From: Macrostomum lignano
Lineage: Eukaryota
Assembly (NCBI GenBank): GCA_002269645.1
Contig: NIVC01000024.1
Coordinates: 62,001-126,000 of the forward strand
Length of the DNA: 64,000 nucleotides
Direction: 5' to 3'
The notes beneath the pieces were generated by a model. The model worked only from the letters and a program-made list of their open reading frames with translations. It searched no databases and was not told the DNA's origin. The position numbers were made by a program, and so were the translations under genes. Each line of letters begins with the position of its first letter. Within the stretch, counting starts at the first letter, position 1. Of this stretch, positions 14,142 through 26,479 are shown piece by piece.

Positions 14142-17100
14142 TCAATTCCAATTCCTCGACACCGCGTGATCCACAGCGTAGCCGCCGAATTTGCAGGTGA
14201 AGTCGCTGATGCGGCCAAATTCGCTGTCCGCATGCCGGGTGTACAGCCGCTCAATGTCCAGGCCCGCCAGGTTGTTCTCTAGGCGGACCGAGGCCTCCTT
14301 GCTGAGCATGGTTACCAAGTCCATCTGGGGAGAGGGAGGGGAAGAGGAGATCTGTGCCGCTACTTCCAGTATGGATAGTTGGGTTGAAGACTGCACTTCC
14401 GGTATGGATATAGTTGGGTTGAAGACTGGACTTCCGGTATGGATAGTTGGGTTGAAGACTGCACTTCCGGTATGGATATAGTTGGGTTGAAGACTGGACT
14501 TCCGGTATGGATAGTTGGGTTGAAGACTGCACTTCCGGTATGGATATAGTTGGGTTGAAGACTGCACTTCCGGTATGGATATAGTTGGGTTGAAGACTAG
14601 ACTTCCGGTATGGATAGTTGGGTTGAAGACTGGACTTCCGGTATGGATAGTTGGGCTGAAGACTGGACTTCCGGTATGGATATAGTTGGGTTGAAGACTG
14701 GACTTCCGGTATGGATATAGTTGGGTTGAAGACTGGACTTCCGGTATGGATATAGTTGGGTTGAAGACTGGACTTCAGGTATGGATATAGTTGGGTTGAA
14801 GACTGCACTTCCGGTATGGATATAGTTGGGTTGAAGACTGGACTTCCGGTATGGATAGTTGGGTTGAAGACTGCACTTCCGGTATGGATATAGTTGGGTT
14901 GAAGACTGCACTTCCGGTATGGATAGTTGGGTTGAAGACTGGACTTCCGGTATGGATATAGTTGGGTTGAAGACTGGACTTCAGGTATGGATATAGTTGG
15001 GTTGAAGACTGCACTTCCGGTATGGATATAGTTGGGTTGAAGACTGGACTTCAGGTATGGATATAGTTGGGTTGAAGACTGGACTTCCGGTATGGATAGT
15101 TGGGTTGAAGACTGGACTTCCGGTATGTATAGTTGGGTTGAAGACTGGACTTCCGGTATGGATAGTTGGGTTGAAGACTGGACTTCAGGTATGGATATAG
15201 TTGGGTTGAAGACTGGACTTCCGGTATGGATATAGTTGGGTTGAAGACTGGACTTCCGGTATGGATATAGTTGGGTTGAAGACTGGACTTCCGGTATGGA
15301 TATAGTTGGGTTGAAGACTGGACTTCCGGTATGGATAGTTGGGTTGAAGACTGGACTTCAGGTATGGATATAGTTGGGTTGAAGACTGGACTTCAGGTAT
15401 GGATATAGTTGGGTTGAAGACTGGACTTCCGGTATGGATAGTTGGGTTGAAGACTGGACTTCCGGTATGTATAGTTGGGTTGAAGACTGGACTTCCGGTA
15501 TGGATAGTTGGGTTGAAGACTGGACTTCAGGTATGGATATAGTTGGGTTGAAGACTGGACTTCCGGTATGGATATAGTTGGGTTGAAGACTGGACTTCCG
15601 GTATGGATATAGTTGGGTTGAAGACTGGACTTCCGGTATGGATATAGTTGGGTTGAAGACTGGACTTCCGGTATGGATATAGTTGGGTTGAAGACTGGAC
15701 TTCCGGTATGGATAGTTGGGTTGAAGACTGGACTTCAGGTATGGATATAGTTGGGTTGAAGACTGGACTTCAGGTATGGATATAGTTGGGTTGAAGACTG
15801 GACTTCAGGTATGGATAGTTGGGTTGAAGACTGGACTTCAGGTATGGATAGTTGGGTTGAAGACTGGACTTCAGGTATGGATAGTTGGGTTGAAGACTGG
15901 ACTTCCGGTATGGATAGTTGGGTTGAAGACTGGACTTCCGGTATGGATATAGTTGGGTTGAAGACTGGACTTCCGGTATGGATATACTTGGGTTGAAGAC
16001 TGGACTTCCGGTATGGATAGTTGGGTTGAAGACTGGACTTCCGGTATGGATAGTTGGGTTGAAGACTGGACTTCCGGTATGGATAGTTGGGTTGAAGCAC
16101 AAAATTTCCTACAAGTTTTGTGCTCAAGTCTGCTTTGCATTCACAGGATGTCAGAAGACAAAACGACAAATAGAAAGGATAATACCGTAAACCCAGGTGT
16201 TTTGTTCGTGATTGCTGAGACTTATAGAAACTAATTTAGCATATAGGAATAAAAATAGACAAACCTCAATATCTGCGGATCGAAGGCCGATAGATTTGGA
16301 TCGCGAGGCTCTGGCACAGCAGGCTATTAGGGTGAAAATATCGACAGAACAGTCAGCAATGCGTTGCATCAGCAACTGCTGTTTGGGAAGATCTTCCCGA
16401 TAATAAAATAGGCAGCCGCGGACAGCTCGAGTGAATGCACCGATGTGAATCTGTGATTGAATATAGGAGTGGGTTAGGGGTAGGGGATATTTAATACTAC
16501 TGAAGAATTGTTAAAACGGCCCTTTAAGGGACAAAATTTTTCGTCTAAAGATTTTTAGATATTTTTAGACTTCATGACTCTACTGATAAGTAGAAAGTAT
16601 AGAGTTCGTCGCGAAAAACTTGCATGGAGGGCAAAAGAATTTTCGCTATGCGATAGTGCATAGTGTAAATGTAAATAGCATTTTTTTGTAATTGAGTTGC
16701 ATTTACCAGACTGTTCTGGCTCAAGCGTAGATAAATTAGTAAGTAGTAGAGAAACTGCGTGGCTCTTATTATAACACACTGGCCGATATGTATCGAAAGT
16801 AATTATAAATATCTGACAAAATGCGCGCAAGCTACTGCTCCGTGTTTTGTCTATAATGCCGGGTTTTAGCCTAGTGGCTACCGCGTCAGGACTCACGACT
16901 GAAAGGTCGGGGGTTCGATTCTCGACCCTCTCGAAACGATTTGCGTGCTTGAGGAAGACACTTAACTCTGCATTGCTTCAGTTCGTTCACCCAGCTGTAA
17001 AATTGGTTCCAGCATTAGCTGGGATAATTGAGGGTGTGCGTGGCGACCCCCCCTCCAGTCCTTAGATCAGAGTGAACAGCCTTCAATCCGATATGTATCG

Positions 17101-20100
17101 ATAGTAATAAATATATGAAAAAATGCGTACAAGCTACTGTTCTGTTTTGTCTATACTACTACTTAAAATACTCTTCTTTTATACACAATTTTTCCCTAGA
17201 GATTTAAAAAACTAAACTCACCTCTAGGGTATTGGCAATGCCCGCCAGACTGTGATGCCAGTGCACAGCCAAGTTGTGCGTCTCACCGGCCACATTAATC
17301 TCATTCATTATGCGCCATTTGCTCAGCACGCTTCTCGCCGACAGGAATCGATAAGCCGAATCTGCGGCAACAGAGGCGGCGTATTTCACACCGCGACCGG
17401 ACAGCTGCAACCGGACAGTGTCCGGGGAGGAGTCCACGCCGGCCAGGGTCAGCGCGTCTCGGAGCTGTCGTTCGTAGGGGAATTCTAGAGAAGCGACGGA
17501 ACGACCGCCCGCTAGCGCTGCGACGTCGGTTGCCCCGGTAACGGCCGCCCTGCTGGACAGCAGCTGCAGAGCGGCCGCTTCAGGCGAGAGGTCGGCCTCG
17601 GGAAACTGGTCCGACAGGAAGGCTAGGAGGTAGGTGACCGACTCTGCCGTGTACGTCATGCCGGCCTGGGATGACGGAGATTAGAGCTTAGCAACTGAGA
17701 GTCTGGGAGGCTGGCCCAGCAACTGAGGATCTGGGAGGCTGGCTCAGCAAATGAGGATCTGGGAGGCTGGCTCAGCAAATGAGGATCTGGGAGGCTGGTC
17801 CAGCAACTGAGGATTTGGGAGGCTGGCTCAGCAACTGAGGATTTGGGAGGCTGGCTCAGCAACTGAGGATCTGGGAGACTGGCCCAGCAACTGAGGATCT
17901 GGGAGGCTGGCCCAGCAACTGAGGATCTGGGAGGCTGGCCCAGCAAATGAGGGTCCGGAAGCCCAGCAAATGAGGGTCTGGGAGGCTGACAGCTCACCAT
18001 TCTGGCCAGCCGCCGCTGCACCATGGGGTACTCAGCCAGAGGCGGCAGTCCCCCTGTCCGGCGCACTTTGCACTGCTCAGCAACCTGACCAATTTGCCGT
18101 TTCAACGAGCCAACTGCAGCAGCCCCAGCAGCGATCCTGCCAGCTGTCACAACCCGCCGAACTAGCCGGTGACCTTCGCCTAATTCGCCGAGTACGCTGG
18201 CGTCCGACACAATGACGTTGTTGAGGTGAAGCGCACCAACCGCGGCCGAGCGGACGCCCAGGCCAACTTCGCGCGGCCCGACCGACACGCCGGGCTGGTC
18301 GCGCTCCACCAGGAAGGCGGTGATGCCGGTCCTGCGCTTATCAGATGCGCCTGGATGGAAAAAGCGGGTTTGCAGGGTCTGTAGCAACCAGTCTATCAAC
18401 CATAGAAACAAGTCTATCAACCATAGCAACAAGTCTATCAACCATAGAAACAAGTCTATCAACCATAGCAACGAGTCTAGCAACCATGGTAACCATTCTA
18501 GCAGTCATAGCAACCAGTCTACCAAGCATCGCAACCAGTCTATCAACCATAGCAACCAGTCTATCAACCATAGCAACCAGTATTTCAACCATAGCAACCA
18601 GTCTATCAACCATAGCAACCAGTCTTTCAACCATAGCAACAGTTTTTCAACCAAAGCAACCAGACTATCAACCATAGCAACCAGTTTATCAACCATAGCA
18701 ACCAGTCTATCAACCATAGCAACCAGTCTTTCAACCATAGCAACAGTCTTTCAACCAAAGCAAGCAGTCTATCAGCCATAGCAACGAGTCTAGCAACCAT
18801 GGTAACGAGTCTATCAAGCATAGCAACCAGCCTATCAACCATAGAAACCATTCTAGCAGCCATAGAAACCATTCTAGCAGCCATAGCAACCATTCTAGCA
18901 GCCATAGCAACCAGTCTAGCAGCCATAGCAGCCAGTCTGGAAACCATAGAAATCAGGTTTTGAACCCTACTAATAACCCTAACAACCAGCTTATTAGGTA
19001 TATATAACTAAAAAAGCTTACTGTCTGTGACCGGCTTCTCAGCCGGAGCATCCGTAGCCGCTAGCACAACAAAAGCGTCGGCAACTGGCGCATTCGCTAC
19101 CCAAATCTTGGTGCCATTCAATCGCCAATTGCATCCGTCAGTGTCCAGGGTCGCCTTGCACTGGATAGCGGATTTAGGCTGGGCGAACGCTCCGCCTCCG
19201 CAGGGTTCAGTCAGACAGAATGCCGCAATCCGCTCGCCAGAGGCCAGAGCTCCGCCCAGTCGGTGCAGCAGTTCCGGTTTGGCTCCTTCTAGCAGAGCTC
19301 GGACACCTGCGCGTGAATTAACCAGGGATTCTGTATATTGTAGAGATTTTGCTCCGAACTTTATCATTTAGAATCCTATCTGAACTCCATCACCCAGCAT
19401 CCTATCTGAACTCCATCACCCAGCATTCCATCTGAACTCCATCACCCAGCATTCCATCTGAACTTTATCACCCAGCATCCCATCTGAACTCCATCACCCA
19501 GCATCCCATCTGAACTCCATCATCCAGCATTCCATCTGAACTTCATCACCCAGCATTCCATCTGAACTCCATCATCCAGCATTCCATCTGAACTTCATCA
19601 CCCAGCATTCCATCTGAACTTCATCACCCAGCATCCTCTCTGAACTCCATCACTCAGCATCCCATCGAACTCCATCACCCAGCATCCCATCGAACTCCAT
19701 CACCCAGCATCCCATCGAACTCCATCACCCAGCATCCCATCGAACTCCATCACCCAGCATCCCATCGAACTCCATCACCCAGCATCCCATCGAACTCCAT
19801 CACCCAGCATCCCATCGAACTCCATCACCCAGCATCCCATCGAACTCCATCACCCAGCATCCCATCGAACTCCATCACCCAGCATCCCATCTGAACTTAA
19901 TCACTCAGCATCCTCTCTGAACTCCATCACCCAGCATCCTCTCTGAACTCCATCACCCAGCATCCCATCGAACTCCATCACCTAGCATCCCATCTGAACT
20001 CCATCACCCAGCATCCCATCTGAACTCCATCACCCAGCATTCTATTTGAACTCCATCACCCAGCATCCCATCGAACTTCATCACCCAGCATCCCATCTGA

Positions 20101-22367
20101 ACTCCATCACCCAGCATTCTATTTGAACTCCATCACCCAGCATCCACAGGAAAGCTCACCCAGGGAATTATGAGCTCTGAGGGTGAGCTCAATGGAGGCA
20201 TCGGCAGAGAGGCACTCAGATAGGCGAGCCTGAGCCACAGCCGACAGGCTGGATGCTGTGTTGAACAGGTTCAGCTGGCGAAGTCCCGCTAGCAGTGGCG
20301 GTGGCAGGAACTCGGCCTGGGTGTCCAGCTCGGAGCTGTTAACTGTGCGGTTTGAGATGGAGAAAGTTTAACCCATCTCATAAAAGCGAATCAATGTTCA
20401 AAACGACGAGATTTCACAGTACAAGTCGCCAGAGTCGCCTAAAAATCAATTTAAGGCGCTTTACTGTCTGCGACTCTAAAAAACTCTGCAGCGACACTTA
20501 AACGATGGATAGGCGCTAACACAACGACTCTCGATTCTAAAACCCGTGTTGGGCTTGTGACTCAACAGGGTCGGCATCACAAACCCGAAAAATCACAACT
20601 CCGAAAGCACTTCCCATCATAAACCCGAAATATCAGAAACCCGAAATATCAGAAACCCGAAATATCAGAAACACGAAATATCAGAAACCCGAAATATCAG
20701 AAACACGAAATATCAGAAATCCGAAATATCAGAAACCCGAAATATCAGAAACCCGAAATATCATAAACCCGAAATATCAGAAACCCGAAATATCAGAAAC
20801 CCAAAATATCAGAAACCCGAAATATCATAAACCCGAAATATCAGAAATCCGAAATATCAGAAATCCGAAATATCAGAAACCCGAAATATCATAAACCCGA
20901 AATATCAGAAACCCGAAATATCAGAAACCCGAAATATCAGAAACCCGAAATATCAGAAACCCGAAATATCAGAAACCCGAAATATCAGAAACCCGAAATA
21001 TCAGAAACCCGAAATATCAGAAACACGAAATATCAGAAATCCGAAATATCAGAAACCCGAAATATCAGAAACCCGAGATATCATAAACCCGAAATATCAG
21101 AAACCCAAAATATCAGAAATACGAAATATCAGAAACCCGAAATATCAGAAACACGAAATATCAGAAACCCGAAATATCAGAAACCCAAAATATCAGAAAA
21201 CCGAAATATCAGAAACCCGAAATATCAGAAACCCAAAATATCAGAAACCTGAAATATCAGAAACCCGAAATATCATAACTCCGAAAGCCAAAATAGTGTT
21301 GGACATTGCTAGAAATTTCGGGTTTCTGATATTTCGGGTTTGTGATGCCCCCCACTCAACAGTCGCCTCTCCGTCGCATTACAGTCGTTTGAGTCGTTAA
21401 AAAGTTACAAAAGTCGCGCCAAAGTCGCTAAAGTCACTGGAGTTGCTGGAGTTGTTTGCAATGACTGCGATTCTTGTCTTGGTAACATTTTCAACAGGAG
21501 ATTTATACAAAACATTCTAGGAGACTGGGGGCCGTAGCCCAGTGGTCTAGCCAACCCCCAAGGCGCAGTGAAGTGTACATGCCTAACGATAAAGAAAGTT
21601 AGGGCCGCTGTACACTCCTGTGTGTGTGTGCCTGTGTGTATGACTGCGTACGTATCCGCGCGTTTGTCTGCCTGCTCAGGGGAGTCGTTAGGCATGTACG
21701 GGCAGCAACGCCTCTCGCCGGTTGTGTGACAATGTCGCTTAAAGTGCGGCACGTTGCACAACACAGCCACCTGCCTCTTAACTCTACCAGCTAGAGGTAC
21801 TATAATAAAATAAAATAATACTATAAATATATTTGGCCAATATAAAATTGAGTATTAAAATAGGGAGATAATTATAAAATCAAATAAGTATATTAAGCTC
21901 ACCATGCTCCTCAAAAAATTTCTCAACAGGTTCAACTGTTTTGTGCACCGCATCAATCTCTTCTACTGAGTCTAGCTCCGGATAGATGGTGAGATTCTAA
22001 AAAAAACAATTGAAGCAAAGTTAAGTTCAAAAGTTGGGTGCCTCAACGTCACCAAAGAAGAAGATTTCGAAGCATAAAATGCAGTTCAAACCTTGTTAAC
22101 TTTGCCAGCAAACAATCCAAGAATGCAGGGTTCAAGTTCTTGATCACCTGCTGAAGCTAATTCAGCAGACTTTGCATCACTTAGGGATGTACTCTCAGCA
22201 GATGCTGTTGCAGTAGAAGGCTCAGTACTCATATCCCTCCTTTGGCCATTCTTGCTAATGGCTGCCAAGCTTTTATAACAAAACTGCGTTTGGTGCAAGG
22301 AAGATGAAGACAAGAGAAATTTCTTAAGTGCACTCTGTCTCAAATACCTTACTGTTGTGCTCAGCAT
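14142..22367 (-). CDS. ACAD9: Acyl-CoA dehydrogenase family member 9-like (mitochondrial complex I assembly factor), 667 aa, 8 exons
   Basis: Exons 22367-22092, 21996-21903, 20342-20160, 19306-19022, 18350-17998, 17665-17222, 16450-16265 and 14324-14142. All GT-AG with consistent phases. N-terminus resembles a mitochondrial presequence. ACAD9/VLCAD motifs VEPVEKFFEE, LASGERIAAFCLTEP, LNGTKIWVAN, ITAFLVERD, FPYERQLRD and CARASRSKSIGLR, plus the ACAD9/VLCAD C-terminal extension. Confidence 0.9.
14362..16097. repeat. 33/35-bp minisatellite (GGAT[AT]AGTTGGGTTGAAGACTGGACTTCCGGTAT) filling ACAD9 intron 7
   Basis: Directly visible, about 50 copies. Confidence 0.96.
16867..17082 (+). mobile_element. 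tRNA-derived SINE, family A (CORE-like central domain), in ACAD9 intron 6
   Basis: A-box-like TAGCCTAGTGG, B-box GGTTCGATTCTC, then GCAAGACACTTAAC-like...CTGTAAAAT-GG core. Homologous copies at about 36827 and 51749. Confidence 0.75.
17692..17990 (-). repeat. 28-bp minisatellite (ATCCTCAGTTGCTGGGCCAGCCTCCCAG on sense strand) filling ACAD9 intron 5
   Basis: Directly visible. Same unit as the array at 42605-43305. Confidence 0.93.
18385..18950. repeat. 21-bp minisatellite (CAACCATAGCAACCAGTCTAT) filling ACAD9 intron 4
   Basis: Directly visible. Confidence 0.93.
19372..20143. repeat. 25/26-bp minisatellite (GAACTCCATCACCCAGCATCCCATC[T]) filling ACAD9 intron 3
   Basis: Directly visible. Confidence 0.94.
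20569..21353. mobile_element. Mutator-like (MULE) MITE with an internal 16-bp array (AAACCCGAAATATCAG, about 41 copies), in ACAD9 intron 2
   Basis: TIRs GGTCGGCATCACAAACCCGAAA / TTTCGGGTTTGTGATGCCCCCC. Perfect 9-bp TSD ACTCAACAG at 20560-20568 and 21354-21362. Confidence 0.85.
21531..21712 (+). mobile_element. tRNA-derived SINE, family B
   Basis: Head GCCGTAGCCCAGTGG. Body AAAGTTAGGGC...TGACTGCGTACG-ATCCGCGCG...CCTGCTCAGGGGAGTCG is shared with the inverted copy at 58618-58808. Confidence 0.7.
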
Positions 22368-22638
22368 TGTATGCTATTAAATGCATAAATCGATTGTTGA
22401 ATGTTTGCAGATAAGCAGATAAAAATACTCTTAACATTATTATAAATTACTTTCAAAATTTAGGATTTATTGGTATTGTAGTAGGGCATTATTTTAGGAA
22501 CGGGACTTAGTAGCGAAGCAGATATGCTTTTTGTCTACTGTCAGTAGTTTAGGTTTGGGAAAGTAATTGGAGCAGGGGAAAATCGCTAGTTTTCGGGATT
22601 CTCTAGAAGTATAGAACAGTTTGGGGCTTGGGAAAGCA

Positions 22639-23524
22639 AAACCAAAAACTAAAAAAAAAACAAAAAAAAGTTTATGCGAGTTTTGTCTCGCATAGAGGCG
22701 CCTAACCGCAGTACCCCCGTGAAACTTGTCTCTGCCTGGCTGAAAGCTTGTAATGAGTGAGTAGGCTGGGTTGGAGGGTAATAGTGGATCGGGAAGGGCT
22801 GTGGGTAGCTGTATAGGAAGGCAGGCCTATACCTGTACCAAGGTGCTCTGACGGTATCCCTCAGGCGCCCTCTGAGCGTACAGCCATCGACCCTATTAAA
22901 GCTGGAGTGTGCCAGAAGCAGGACTGAGTCTAAGCAGGACGGGACCATTGGCACGGTCACAATAGAAATGGCGGGTTGGCGAAGCAAAGGGTGAAATAGT
23001 CCCGGCGATTAGCCCTCCTGCCACTTCAAAGATAAGAGACTGTTGGCAAGAGTACCTGGGGTTTAGTTGGGGGGGAGGCTCCTTCGGGTTGCCACGGCCG
23101 TGGGGGGCGGTCAAATGACCGGCATTGGCTTTTCTAACCCAGGAGTAGGCACGGGCTTCCCTGAATGGTTCACTCAACCCCCTCTGGCCCCGGGGAGGTT
23201 TTTGATATGTACCCGGGGGTGGTGGGCGGTCGGCCCCAGCATGGTTGCCACGGCTCTAGGCCTTCGGGCCATCCCTAATAGGCTAAGGGGCCTTCTAACC
23301 TGGTTATTGGGCACGGGCTCCTGACTGGTTCGTCGAACAGCTGTCACTGTCCCCCGGGGAGGTTTGGATTTTATGATATTGCCCTGTACAGTCCTCTATA
23401 GTCTAATTGGCTTTTAGTGTACATTAGTACTCTCCCAATCTGGAAACTAAATTATCTCTAGTGGCGTAAGAGCCTTTTTACTTAGGCTGAGGCGCCGGAA
23501 GTACTTATCATAGTCATAGTCATA
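22639..23524. mobile_element. Unclassified GC-rich 886-bp insertion flanked by 14-bp direct repeats
   Basis: GGCTTGGGAAAGCA at 22625-22638 and 23525-23538. A-rich run at the left end, (TCATAG)3 at the right end, internal diverged duplication at 23080-23380. Confidence 0.55.
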
Positions 23525-26479
23525 GGCTTGGGAAAGCAGATTTTCGCGGGCTGGCGGGAGATTTCAGAAATTAGGAAGGTAAGAGGCAGTGAGTATTGGG
23601 AAATTTAAGTAAAACTGTCAAGGTAGTTGATGCCAAAACAGTACACCTACAGGTAGTCAATGCCTGATATTTTGCACCAACCATTGCATGCTATTTTCAA
23701 TTTTGTTTTCTTTTGAAGTATAAAACTTTTGTTAAATAATTCGGTTTTCCTGAGTCAATCCTTTGTCGCTACAATAATAGGACTAGGGAACAGGAAGCCT
23801 GGTGGCAGCAATTCTACCAAAAATCTAGACCAGTAAATCCACTAGCAAAATCCTTAGCAATAGAAAACCCAGTAGCCCTAACCACAAGGTTACACGCTGA
23901 TACCAGTATATTGTACATAAATTTGGAGGAAGTTATTTAAGCTTTAGACTCAAGAGAATTAGCTTTATTTTATGTATTCTATATGCATTTTATTTGTTAA
24001 AGTGTTGGTTTAATAATTACAATGCTGTATCATGCCTTTATATAACATCAACCTATATGTATATATATACCTGCACTATTTAAATGACAAATATAATTAC
24101 TAAGTCTAATATATATTCAATATTTAGTATACATAAATGCTAACAATTCAATATAGTTTAATTGCAATATATACACATTTTGACAAATCTGGCATCTGGC
24201 ATAGATCAATCTAGATATAGTGTGGCATAGGCCTAGTGCAATAAAGCAAAGAACCATAGTGTAGCATAAAGGTGAATAGAATGTGACAAAATGGAAAAAA
24301 TGTGAAAAATGTATTTTTCTAACTTCAAAAATATTCTAAACTAAATAAGTAAGAAAATAAGTGGTATAGAAAGAAATATTCTATAGGAAAATCAATACAT
24401 CACATGAATTTATTGATTGAATTATTGCAAAGTTATATTTAACTAACTATACATACTTTTTTTAGTAGAAAGTGGAAATTTAGTCCAATTTCACAAAAAA
24501 CAGTATTGTCAAAAATTTTATTTTATATAGAAAGCAAAGAGTTGAAGTAAAATTTCTTTTTAGTTAAAAAAATATTTTAGATATTAGTCAATGTACTAGT
24601 AATCTAGTTCCTCCCTTTGGGACAAGCAATAAGCAAGGAGCAAAAATTATTTATGTGAAACAATTAAAAAAGCACATTTTATTAAGAACCAATTTCTTTT
24701 TCAGTTTTACGAATCACCTTATTTGAGTAAAATTGTTATGGACAAAGATGTTAACTATGAATCTCTTTTTTCTAAAATTAATAGACAATAAAATAGTTTT
24801 CACAAAGATAACAGGCATTCCCCCCTAAATAGAAAACATCCCCCAGATAGCAAGCTTCCCCAGATAGCAAGCATCCTCCCAGATAGCAAGCATTCACCTA
24901 GATAGCAAGCATCCTAGATAGTAAGCATCCCCCCAGATAGCAAGCATCCACCTAGATAGCAAGCATCCACCCAGATAATAAACATCCCCCCAGATAGCAA
25001 GCATCTTCCCAGATAGCAAGCATCCACCTAGATAGCAAGCATCCTCCCAGATAGCAAGCATCCCTCAGATCAAGCATCCCTCAGATCAAGCATCCTATAG
25101 ATAGCAAGCATCATCCAGATAGCAACCACCCCCCCCCCCCCCCAGGTAGCAAGCATCCTGCAAAAAGCAAGAATACCTAAATAGCAAGCATACCTGGATA
25201 GAAAGAATCCCATACATGTAGATACATGTATAGCCAGTACCCCCTCTCCCAAATAGCAAGTAACCCCTCCCCCCTCAAGAGCAAGCATCCCCTAGATAGC
25301 AAGCATCTCCCAGATAGCAAGCATCCACTAGACAGCAAGTAGCTAGTGCAAATATTTCCACCACTGATGCAATAATCACTTTTTCAGGTTGTGTAGTAAT
25401 CCATGTCTCAGCTAGTACAATGATCTCTTTTTATTCCAGCACAATAATCTGCTTCTCAGCTAGTGCAATAATCATTTTATCACCTAGTGCAATAATCATT
25501 TTATCATCTAGTGCAATAATCCTAGGTCTATCAAGTGCAATAATCCTTGGTTTATCAAGCGCAGTAATCTTTAGCTTATCAAATACAGTAATCCCTGGCT
25601 TATCAAGTGCAATAATCCTTGGTTTATCACGTGCAGTAATCCTTGGTTTATCAAGTGCAGTAATCCTTGGCTTATCAAGTGCAGTAATCCTTGGCTTATC
25701 AAGTGTAGTAATCTTTGGCTTATCAAGTGCAGTAATCCTTGGCTTATCAAGTGCAATAATCCTTGGTTTATCACGTGCAATAATCTTTGGTTTATTAAGT
25801 GCAGTAATCCTTGGCTTATCAAGTGCAGTAATCCTTGGCTTATCAAGCTAGACTAGACTCTAGGCAGCAGGTTCCTAGTCATTTTGTCATCTTAATTAGC
25901 ATGCACTACCTGAAGAGTCATTTTGTTATCTAATATCTACTAATCATATTAGTTCCAACTTCCAAGTGAATTAATGTGGTAATTAAACATATTTACTTGG
26001 AATGATCCCAGTCATTTTGTCATCTTGATTGATAAAACCTGTCAATCAATTGGTTCTGCTTGCCATAGCTTAGTTAATAAAAAAAATTACACTAACTTGA
26101 ATCTCACACAGATTGATTGGTTGATGATGAAGTATCTAGTATAACTAAATATTTGGTCACTGTCATATTATTTTTCAAAGCTACTTTGCTTCTGGTCACT
26201 TCATCATCTGATATGACGAAATGGAATATGACAATCTGACCAATGACTAGGCAGCATGGTTTTTAACTTTCCATTTGATTTTTTATACAAAATTATATAG
26301 GCAAAAACTTTTTAGAGCAATGTAGAACTGCCATATTTGTATTTTTTATTATTGGAATTTTTTGTGTTTTGCATTAAAAGTCTAAAAAAGAGTGTAGGTG
26401 TGATAGCAAGGTCTACCACTTGATTTTTCATGACTTCTCCGGCAATGACTGGACAATGATACATCATAACCTTCCATTG

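Noticed and set aside
16867-16930. Possible tRNA gene (also 51749 and 58808)
   Set aside because: A/B boxes are present but there is no complete cloverleaf, and each continues into a shared SINE body.
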